Source: a virus. Taken from it: a stretch of 64,000 bases of DNA. Position numbers and translations under genes: made by a program. The notes below the pieces were generated by a model. That model was not told the DNA's origin and ran no database searches. It was given only the letters and a program-made list of their open reading frames with translations. Shown piece after piece: positions 27,087 through 34,609 of this stretch; the first letter of the stretch is position 1; each line of letters begins with the position of its first letter. Where the stretch lies: IMG/VR virus record IMGVR_UViG_3300045988_081755; one strand, 5' to 3'.

Positions 27087-27708
27087 GTTGAGTTATATCG
27101 TCACCATCCTTACAGCCCAAGCCGATAAAGTATTGAGCGAACTTCTCACTGATATGGTCATTCAATTCGTAGGAATCTGAGTGAAAGTCACAGAAGATAA
27201 TCTGAACTTCCTTTCCCGTCGTTTCCGCAACCTTAAACAGTGCTTCCGCTTCACAGTCAAACCGCAATGAACCGAATACGATATCACAGTCGTGAGCCTC
27301 GCTTTCAGACATCTTTGCCCAAAGATTAGCTACATAGTTTGCCGTCCAACGTGCCCACACATCTTCGCCAGCTAACTTCTTGAGGAATTCCCCAGTCCGC
27401 TGTAACAAGTTACGACCGTCCACCAATGTAGTTTCCAAAATATTCGGACCATCGGCTTCCGGCTTGAACGGAATAAAAACACTACTGCTCAACCGTTTCC
27501 AATCAGCATATTCCTTGGACGTACAGTCAATTCGCTTGTCCTCTCCTACTAAGATTTCCATCAACGTTCTACGAATGCCTTCACTGAAATCCCCCATAAT
27601 CATAGGACGCTCTTCACAGGCAGCACCAACCATCAGTGCTTCCGCATTGTAAGACTTACCACTACCGATAACCCCTACTAATCCATATATCTTTCCTTTA
27701 CGGTTCAT
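27061..27708 (-). CDS. P-loop deoxynucleoside monophosphate kinase-like protein
   Basis: P-loop GVIGSGKS. 215 aa. Located between the polymerase and the nucleotide-modification genes. Confidence 0.5.
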   Translation of the reverse strand: MNRKGKIYGLVGVIGSGKSYNAEALMVGAACEERPMIMGDFSEGIRRTLMEILVGEDKRIDCTSKEYADWKRLSSSVFIPFKPEADGPNILETTLVDGRNLLQRTGEFLKKLAGEDVWARWTANYVANLWAKMSESEAHDCDIVFGSLRFDCEAEALFKVAETTGKEVQIIFCDFHSDSYELNDHISEKFAQYFIGLGCKDGDDITQLVKEKING

Positions 27709-28237
27709 ATTGATTCATGAATTTTTGAATGCTCTTGAACAGCTTCCAATCCTCAGAATATCTGCTCAACAGTTCTTCACAGTTTTTAATACAAGTTAGG
27801 AGTTTCGCTGACGAGTTTCCAAGAGCCTGTTCATTCCGGCAGAATATCCATAGGTCAAGATAATCACACATCTTAAACAGTTTGTATTGGAGCTCCGTCA
27901 TCGTCTCTTTGATTGACTCATCAGAATAGGGGAGAAGATTGGGGTCACCATGACAGATTTCCCATTCAATAATATCCCATGCCGCAGCCGTGTTATCATT
28001 GAACTTCTTTACACAGACATTGAGGTCGCCTGTTACACTTTCAACATAGTCGTGGAGTAATACCTTGTCGAATACATTTATGTCGTAAGCAACGTCCTCT
28101 TCTGAGGCAAACCAACGGAATAGCATACCTACGACCAACCCGTGTTCCAGGAGGTTGTACCCCCGATGATGGGGGGTGTTGGGCAACCTCTGGATGTCTT
28201 TCATTCCTAACAGAATGTCAATTTTCTTGTAATTCAT
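27698..28237 (-). CDS. HD-domain phosphohydrolase, YfbR-like 5'-deoxynucleotidase
   Basis: LLEH (first His) and LLHDYVESVTGD match the YfbR-type HD..E..TGD motif. Confidence 0.65.
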   Translation of the reverse strand: MNYKKIDILLGMKDIQRLPNTPHHRGYNLLEHGLVVGMLFRWFASEEDVAYDINVFDKVLLHDYVESVTGDLNVCVKKFNDNTAAAWDIIEWEICHGDPNLLPYSDESIKETMTELQYKLFKMCDYLDLWIFCRNEQALGNSSAKLLTCIKNCEELLSRYSEDWKLFKSIQKFMNQYEP

Positions 28238-28269
28238 ACGAAATCGTCTTTAATTTGATACTTTATTTC

Positions 28270-29376
28270 TCACCCGATAAACAGTTCGTTCAGTAACGGG
28301 TTTCTGAACTCAACAGGTTGTTTCGTCCAATAACGATAAATAACCTTTGCCCAGTCAAGGAACATTTCATCGGTAAACTCATTGAGCATTTCCTTCAGTT
28401 CCTTTTCGTCGAAGTTTCCACAACGGCACAGTTCCTCGTATCGTGATAACTGGTCGATAAGCCTGTCGAACCCATCCAATGATGTAAACGTAGTCTGGTA
28501 GGAAAAGTTCACTCCGGAAGGATACGAATTTACGTCTCTTTTAGCGATTTCTTCAGCCAACGGAATGAAGCCCTTATAGACATGAAGATTGTCTGCCTTG
28601 TGGTAGTATTTGCCGACAGGCACGCCCACTATCGCTGCGACGTACTCCTGCATCAATGTAAAGTTGAACACGTTCACCGCACTGAACCCCCAAATCAGGT
28701 CATTCGAGCGCATATCAACGTAACAGTTCATCTTCCCACCCACAATCATAAAATGAATTGACCGTGTGCAAGGTGTGTCCTTTGTAAGAAGAATTGGAGC
28801 CTGTTCACCGTCTTCCAAGTTTCCATTGAAATTGTCAGAGATAGGGTCGTGAATTGTGATTACCGCCTCACGAGTGTCAATATCCTGTTTGAACTTTTCA
28901 ATCACGAAACGCAACTGGTCAGTCACGTTCTGATACGTGGTAGGCTTCCGCAATTTAGTTTGACGACCGTTATCGTCTGCCTTGCCATTCTTGTACTGGC
29001 GTGGAAGTAACTGTCCGGACAATGTTACCATCGACTCAAAATTGTCCCCGTAACGACGTATTCTGGGTCCATATCCAGCTCTCATGAACTTACCATCATC
29101 TGAGAAGTTTACAAGGTTCTTCACATAGCTGGCAGGCATCTCCAAACTGTTATCCCCACGAGCGAGCCACAGGCTTTCAATCCAACCAAGTGTCTTATTC
29201 CATTTGCGCTCCGGCACACGAACATAGCGGTCAGTCGGGTTGGTGATTTCAACCAATACTGCTCCGGGAAACTCCCGACACTGATACCCTCTTCGGGTGA
29301 CATCAACTCCGCTCTCCATGAGTCCTTTACACAGCATTACGAGAGCACTACTCAAATTTTCTGCTTGAAAATACAT
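28270..29376 (-). CDS. thymidylate synthase-family pyrimidine hydroxymethylase (candidate dUMP hydroxymethylase)
   Basis: Collinear with ThyA: TRRGYQCREF, IESLWLARGD, nucleophile DTPCTRSIHF, and MRSNDLIWGFSAVNVFNF with Asn at the dUMP-specifying position. 368 aa, with insertions and a C-terminal extension. Confidence 0.7.
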   Translation of the reverse strand: MYFQAENLSSALVMLCKGLMESGVDVTRRGYQCREFPGAVLVEITNPTDRYVRVPERKWNKTLGWIESLWLARGDNSLEMPASYVKNLVNFSDDGKFMRAGYGPRIRRYGDNFESMVTLSGQLLPRQYKNGKADDNGRQTKLRKPTTYQNVTDQLRFVIEKFKQDIDTREAVITIHDPISDNFNGNLEDGEQAPILLTKDTPCTRSIHFMIVGGKMNCYVDMRSNDLIWGFSAVNVFNFTLMQEYVAAIVGVPVGKYYHKADNLHVYKGFIPLAEEIAKRDVNSYPSGVNFSYQTTFTSLDGFDRLIDQLSRYEELCRCGNFDEKELKEMLNEFTDEMFLDWAKVIYRYWTKQPVEFRNPLLNELFIG

Positions 29377-29390
29377 AAGTTTCTTTTTAA

Positions 29391-30422
29391 TTATTCAACA
29401 ATAAATTTTCCTGGTTCGGGGAGAACCGCTTTCCATTTAGGAGGAAACACGAACTCAATCTTCTTTGGGCTCTTTTCGTAGGTGTGTTTGATACGCTCGT
29501 TTCTTCCTTTGTTGAAAGACGCACCTAATCCCTTGGCAAACTTACTTGTTTCACAGAAACAGTTCTGTAGATTTGTCAGTGTCGGCACAGGCTCCCAAGG
29601 CAACGGATTCCACTTCATACCTGTTTCCCTGCAAAAGTTACCCATCAATTCTTCGAAATTTTCGTGAACCCATTTGATTACTCCCACATAATCATAACGC
29701 TTCCCCGACGCTCCGTCAAATGTCCATCCAATCCCCTTTAAAGAACCTGGACCAGTGATTACAAAATCGTTCTCACTGAAGTTGTACAACGGAGAATAAT
29801 TCAGGTCGATACAATATTGCTGAGCCGTGAAGTCCCCATATATCTTCATCTTACGGAATACCCAATACAAGTCCTCAAAGGTCTTCGCCTCTAAGAAGTC
29901 ATACAAGTGTCCGTTCTGAAAGATTTCATCTTCGAAGATACGAAAGTGAGCACGATGCTTGCTCATCCCTGTAATATGTTTATATTCGGGATATTGATAG
30001 AAGAAGCAATTCACGATGTAGGCATTACCATATATCGTGTCTCCGCCATCAACAACCTTGTCAAGAAACTTCGCAATATTCTCCAAGCCTGTTTCATAGG
30101 TGATATCCCCAAATTCCTTCTCGAGTAAATCCCACGTCTCATTCTTATTGAAGTGCTTGAAAAGCAATATGCGAAAGAACATATCTTCGGGTTCGTACTG
30201 TTTACCATTGTAGATTACACGGCTCAACAGGTATTGACTCACACGGTCAAGACAGCGGTACACTGACGTGAATTTATAATTCTGCAATATAGGGTCTTGA
30301 GTCCACGGTTGCGGTTCTCCATTATATTTCTTCCACCAAATATTTTGCCTTTCACAAATCCAATAAAGATAATGAAAAAAGTTATCATTTGGCTTCGGAA
30401 TAAATTTTTCTTTCTGTTTCAT
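29391..30422 (-). CDS. candidate alpha-glutamyl/putrescinyl thymine pyrophosphorylase-family (aGPT-Pplase) DNA base hypermodification enzyme
   Basis: The N-terminal ERQNIWWKKYNGEPQPWTQDPILQNYKFTSVYRCLDRVSQYL matches the W-T-DPIL..(Y/F)(R/K)F(T/C)N.YR..DRV(S/T) signature I recall for this family. The gene neighbourhood also fits. Confidence 0.6.
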   Translation of the reverse strand: MKQKEKFIPKPNDNFFHYLYWICERQNIWWKKYNGEPQPWTQDPILQNYKFTSVYRCLDRVSQYLLSRVIYNGKQYEPEDMFFRILLFKHFNKNETWDLLEKEFGDITYETGLENIAKFLDKVVDGGDTIYGNAYIVNCFFYQYPEYKHITGMSKHRAHFRIFEDEIFQNGHLYDFLEAKTFEDLYWVFRKMKIYGDFTAQQYCIDLNYSPLYNFSENDFVITGPGSLKGIGWTFDGASGKRYDYVGVIKWVHENFEELMGNFCRETGMKWNPLPWEPVPTLTNLQNCFCETSKFAKGLGASFNKGRNERIKHTYEKSPKKIEFVFPPKWKAVLPEPGKFIVE

Positions 30423-31024
30423 ACCAAAATTTTTCTTGAATACATACCATTGCGTTCCCCTGATACAGCCTGCCCAATTTTTCTTCTATGCTCCTCAGAA
30501 AAAGGTTTTCCTCTGCGCCCATCTCCTAATTTCTTCTGAACTTCTGGAGTCAATAAAGCAATCTTCGAGGCTTCACGTTGCTTTTTAACGAATAATTCGT
30601 TTTCACGCAATTTATTCATAAGCATAGATTTCTCTTCCCGAAATTTATCGGTGCAACGTTTCTTTGCAGACTCTGACATTTTGCGCCTGGACTCTTCAGA
30701 AAATATCCTCCCAAATTGCCCTTCGCCTCCCAATGTCATATTGTACCCGTTCCGAAATGTGCTGAACTTCTTGATAAGCCGAATTTCAACATAATCGAGT
30801 TTGGCTTTCAAAGCCTCTTTCGTAGGAGCGGAAACTGTCAGGACTTCCTCAACGACAAAGTTCTCCTCACCATACTTTCGTATGGCTCGGTGGAACTTAT
30901 AATTACTCCCTGAGTGAGCCTCCTGAATATGACGTTCCCATCGTTTTTCAATCAAACGAATTGTTTGACCAAAATACAGTTTCCCAGTCAAAAGACAAGT
31001 CACGCAATAAATGTATCCTTTCAT
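30419..31024 (-). CDS. GIY-YIG homing endonuclease
   Basis: GYIYCVTCLLTGKLYFGQT, RWERH, YGEENF, GYNMTLGGEG and a NUMOD3-like GKPFSEEHRRKIG. It has 4-nt overlaps with both neighbours. Confidence 0.85.
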   Translation of the reverse strand: MKGYIYCVTCLLTGKLYFGQTIRLIEKRWERHIQEAHSGSNYKFHRAIRKYGEENFVVEEVLTVSAPTKEALKAKLDYVEIRLIKKFSTFRNGYNMTLGGEGQFGRIFSEESRRKMSESAKKRCTDKFREEKSMLMNKLRENELFVKKQREASKIALLTPEVQKKLGDGRRGKPFSEEHRRKIGQAVSGERNGMYSRKILV

Positions 31025-31758
31025 TTACCTTTCTCGAATGTTTCAAAGGAGTTTCGCTCTATATAGTCAGAGTTCTCACAGAACTTGACAAAATCATCAC
31101 ACAAATCCTGAAGTTCGAAAAAGTTCAAGATGTGAACACCCAAGTCCCATACGGGAGCGTCATACGGCTGGTCGTGTAACACTACATTGCCGCCAGCTTC
31201 ATTCACCTCTTTTCCTTCTCTTACAGCCTTTTCGTAATCGTGCATAAAGGTACGGTGCTTCCGCCACATGCAATCCCCCTTAGGAGGCTCGCCAGACCTG
31301 TATGCTATACGAGCACAATATTCATCCCATTGGTCATCTCGGTAATCATACCGAACGTGAAGAATGTTAGTGAATTCACTCTCACCACACAAATCCAAGG
31401 GACGTAGTCGCCATGATACGGTTGTTCCCGCACCGTCAATCAATACTCCATGTCCTGCTTTTGAGGTTTCCTTCAGGAAGTGAGACAGTCCCTCAGCCTT
31501 GCACAGTCGCGACGTCATACTGTCGTAACCTTGCCAACGCTTGATACCACCGTTCTCGTAGAACTTCCCTACGAACACCATGTTAAAGTCTTCAGAATAC
31601 ACTCCGACTTCCTTTTCCTTTCCGTCAAGAGTTGTAAACTTATACGGACGGAGTTTCATACCTAATGATTCCAGGAACTCCAGGAAGAGATAAACCCTTG
31701 TGGATTTACCGCTCCCTGAAATTCCCTTCACCAATACTATTGATTCCCCGTCTACCAT
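31021..31758 (-). CDS. P-loop kinase, candidate 5-hydroxymethyl-dU DNA kinase (5-HMUDK)
   Basis: P-loop GISGSGKST. 245 aa. Separated from the aGPT-Pplase candidate only by a homing endonuclease gene. The assignment rests on context. Confidence 0.45.
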   Translation of the reverse strand: MVDGESIVLVKGISGSGKSTRVYLFLEFLESLGMKLRPYKFTTLDGKEKEVGVYSEDFNMVFVGKFYENGGIKRWQGYDSMTSRLCKAEGLSHFLKETSKAGHGVLIDGAGTTVSWRLRPLDLCGESEFTNILHVRYDYRDDQWDEYCARIAYRSGEPPKGDCMWRKHRTFMHDYEKAVREGKEVNEAGGNVVLHDQPYDAPVWDLGVHILNFFELQDLCDDFVKFCENSDYIERNSFETFEKGK

Positions 31759-32477
31759 TACTTCTTCTTTGGAGTTTTCTTTGCGGGAGCAGCTTTGGTT
31801 TCCTCAGCCAGTTCAAGAGCTGTAACACGTTTCTTGATAGGCTTGTCGTCACCGAACTTCACCATACACTTCTCTTTTCCATCACCGGATTTGTACAGAC
31901 GTGTGATTTCACCAACAGCGTCTTCGCCTTTCAGTTTCACCTGAGAGCCAACTTTCATTCCCGGAATTTCTTCTGACTCTTCCAAGTTCTGACGTTTGGT
32001 TTCACGAGGAGTCTTGTCAGCTTTCGCTGCCTTTTCCTTCTTCATACCTTTGTCAGACTTCGAAGGAGTCTTGCGGTTTTTCTGACGTTCTTCGTACTCA
32101 GCCTCAGCCTCTACCAAACGAGCTTCCTCTTCCGGAGTCAGTTGTTCTTCCGACTGATAGGTTGAGTTACGTTTGTTCTGACGCTGCATAGCAGCTTCGG
32201 GTGAACCGTCTTCAGGGTCAGGGTCTTCGGCAGTTTCTTCTTTCGCAGCTTTCTTAGGAGCAGCCTTTTTATCAGCTTTCTTTTCAGCGACTTTCTTGGC
32301 TGGAGCTTTCTTAGGAGCTTCCTCTTCTTGAGCGGTTTCGCCACCTAACTTGTCAAGGAACTCTTGAGCTACCTTAACTTCCAATTCACTTGAATTCTCA
32401 TCGTTGATGATTTCTTCGAGCTTTTCAGCGTCGAACTTTCTGTACTTCATCCGAAGTGCTAATGCATTACTTGCCAT
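31758..32477 (-). CDS. Lys/Glu/Ala-rich, largely low-complexity protein with a C-terminal SH3/KOW-like segment (histone H1-like repeats)
   Basis: APKKAPAKKVAEKKADKKAAPKKAAKEE, then a small globular-looking GMKVGSQVKLKGEDAVGEITRLY..KCMVKF, then AAPAKKTPKKK. Confidence 0.55.
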   Translation of the reverse strand: MASNALALRMKYRKFDAEKLEEIINDENSSELEVKVAQEFLDKLGGETAQEEEAPKKAPAKKVAEKKADKKAAPKKAAKEETAEDPDPEDGSPEAAMQRQNKRNSTYQSEEQLTPEEEARLVEAEAEYEERQKNRKTPSKSDKGMKKEKAAKADKTPRETKRQNLEESEEIPGMKVGSQVKLKGEDAVGEITRLYKSGDGKEKCMVKFGDDKPIKKRVTALELAEETKAAPAKKTPKKK

Positions 32478-32541
32478 AATCGTTTTTTACTTTTAATTAT
32501 TAAAATTGTTTTTCTGTGATGTTTTATCACTTATCTCGCTA

Positions 32542-32592
32542 CAAATATAACTGGAAATTTTCGAAAAGGTTTGATTTTCTCCCCGAAAAATC
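32542..32592 (-). promoter_or_regulatory. promoter with a conserved upstream element (site C) heading the modification/polymerase operon
   Basis: Minus strand reads CGATTTTTCGGGGAGAAAATCAAACC-TTTTCGAAAA-N8-TATATTTGTAGC. Confidence 0.5.
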
Positions 32593-32596
32593 GAAA

Positions 32597-33046
32597 TTAT
32601 TTTTTGCCGGAATGACCAAATCCACCCGCACCTCTCTCAGTGTCAGTGAGTTCTTCGACTGAAGAAACTTCGACAACTTCCTCGGCTTTTGCATACGGAG
32701 CAAAGACGATTTGGGCAATTCTGTCACCATTCTCGATTGTTTGTGGTTCTGTCGACAGGTTAATCAACGGAACACCTACTTCCCCACGATAGTCAGCATC
32801 GATTGTTCCGGGAGCATTGATTACGGTCAAACCTTGTTTCACGGCACAACCGCTGCGAGGTCTAACTTGTCCTTCGTGTCCGGGTTCGATTTCCATGTAC
32901 AGCCCAGTCGGAATAATTTTTCTTTCCATAGGGTTCAACACGATTGAGCCTTCCGGAAGATAAGCTCTTAAATCCATTCCTGAACTGTCAGGAGTTTTGT
33001 ACTCGGGAAGCGCATTCCCACTCTTGTTTACGATTTTCAGTTTCAT
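32597..33046 (-). CDS. dut: trimeric dUTPase
   Basis: SGMDLRA, PRSG, GTIDADYRGEV and the C-terminal ERGAGGFGHSG motifs. Confidence 0.92.
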   Translation of the reverse strand: MKLKIVNKSGNALPEYKTPDSSGMDLRAYLPEGSIVLNPMERKIIPTGLYMEIEPGHEGQVRPRSGCAVKQGLTVINAPGTIDADYRGEVGVPLINLSTEPQTIENGDRIAQIVFAPYAKAEEVVEVSSVEELTDTERGAGGFGHSGKK

Positions 33047-33049
33047 CTT

Positions 33050-33556
33050 TTAAATAAATTTGAAATTGTTGATTAAAGATATCTGTATATATTTAACGGA
33101 ATATTCTCCTTTCGAGCCTCGAAGTTTTAAAGTCTCCGTTGACGGATTGTTACATACTACTTCCATAACCTCATCTTTGTACATCACTTGCGTTCCTCTG
33201 TAAAGAATATACCATTTGTCATAATTCCCTTGAACTCGACGCTGTTCATCATCCTTGTACTGAAATAGAGGCAAGCCATACGGTTGCCAGAAATTCCTTT
33301 CAATAAACTCTGATACATTATATCCTGGAGTGAATATTGTATCAACGTGGAACTTCGCACTCAGTTCCTCAATCTTTGCACGTTTCTTAGCAGCTATATC
33401 CGCTGCAACACTTGCATACGTCTGGTTCTGATAAATAACCGACCGCAGTTTGTGAGTCAAATACTCTAACTGCAAGCTGGTTAGGAACGAACGATGTTTG
33501 TTCTCTGTCCTTCCGTGTGTACAGGCTTCTTCTTTAACTTTGTCCATACTTCTCAT
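33050..33556 (-). CDS. hypothetical protein
   Basis: 168-aa ORF between the primase and the dUTPase. No motif recognised. Confidence 0.45.
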   Translation of the reverse strand: MRSMDKVKEEACTHGRTENKHRSFLTSLQLEYLTHKLRSVIYQNQTYASVAADIAAKKRAKIEELSAKFHVDTIFTPGYNVSEFIERNFWQPYGLPLFQYKDDEQRRVQGNYDKWYILYRGTQVMYKDEVMEVVCNNPSTETLKLRGSKGEYSVKYIQISLINNFKFI

Positions 33557-34602
33557 AATTTTATTTCGACTTTATTATAAAAGAAGCTAATCGGGTCAAC
33601 TGCACCCCTCAAGACTTCTTCAAGATATTCTAAATCAATATTTCCAGGGTCTATTCCTGGCTTCCTTATCGCTGTCACATACACTCTGTCGAATAGCTCC
33701 CGCATCTTTAATGCCGAGTCTTTGCTCTCGTTTATAGTTCCAAAATCGTATAACAGGATAACCGTCTTGACACCTTTACGACGCATCATGTTAATCTGTC
33801 CTTGACCGATATTGTTCCCGAACGTAAAGCAACACTTGATATCATCTAAATGCTGAAGACCTAACAGGTTGTCAATGTTCACTTTATCGAAAATGCCCTC
33901 AACGATTATCACCGTCTCAGTCTTCCCCTTGATTATTTCATCGCAACCCCCCAACAGGTCTTGAAAGTTATTCTCCGAGTTTCTGTAACGTAGTACCAAA
34001 TCAGCTTCATGACGCTTGTATGCCTCAAGATTTTCTTTATGCCATTCTTTTGAGTACCTACTTCGTGCCCACCATGCCACGCACACGCCATCAATCTTCA
34101 TTTTGAAAATAATGAAGTTCTTCAGCTTCGCCTCCAACGGTGTGTTAGTATAGGACGGTTCAAACTCCGCATAATGTTCAGGCTGGAATCCACGATTATT
34201 TAGATACTCATCGTCCTCCAACGGTTTCAGACGTAATGGTAAATGAACAGGTTTCAACTCTTCCTGTTCAGCCACTTCTTCACCCTCTTTCATCCAGTTT
34301 GACATTTCCCCTTGAAAGTCTTCACCAATCTTAGGACACGTGTCAAGTTCATTCGGCTTAACTGTATAGGAGCGTTTCGCAAGGTCAGTCCGGTTGAGCT
34401 TCTTTAAGAACTCATAGACGGACACCTTTCTCGGACACTTCCAACAGTGGAACGTCGCGACTCCGTTCATGTTGAAGATGATACCCCACTTCCCTGCCTT
34501 GCCGCAGAACGGACATTCCATGTCCTTGTTTGTGAGCCACCCCTGTGAACCGAACGGAGTCAGATTGAAATCCGATATTATTTGTTCCTTGTCGTACCTC
34601 AT
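33553..34602 (-). CDS. DNA primase (Zn-ribbon plus Toprim)
   Basis: CPFCG..(19 aa)..CWKCP zinc ribbon. Toprim motifs VIIVEGIFDKV and ILLYDFG. Confidence 0.72.
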   Translation of the reverse strand: MRYDKEQIISDFNLTPFGSQGWLTNKDMECPFCGKAGKWGIIFNMNGVATFHCWKCPRKVSVYEFLKKLNRTDLAKRSYTVKPNELDTCPKIGEDFQGEMSNWMKEGEEVAEQEELKPVHLPLRLKPLEDDEYLNNRGFQPEHYAEFEPSYTNTPLEAKLKNFIIFKMKIDGVCVAWWARSRYSKEWHKENLEAYKRHEADLVLRYRNSENNFQDLLGGCDEIIKGKTETVIIVEGIFDKVNIDNLLGLQHLDDIKCCFTFGNNIGQGQINMMRRKGVKTVILLYDFGTINESKDSALKMRELFDRVYVTAIRKPGIDPGNIDLEYLEEVLRGAVDPISFFYNKVEIKL

Positions 34603-34609
34603 AACGAAA

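Noticed and set aside
32138-32344. Nested same-strand alternative-frame ORFs, for example 32138..32344, 21479..21688, 21221..21475, 60672..61145 and 23125..23319.
   Set aside because: They lie inside low-complexity or repeat-coding parts of larger genes, where alternative frames stay open by composition. They have no independent start context or motifs.
32539-32730. 63-aa ORF spanning the dUTPase 3' end and promoter site C.
   Set aside because: It overlaps the well-supported dUTPase C-terminal motif region and the promoter-like intergenic sequence. It is most likely spurious.
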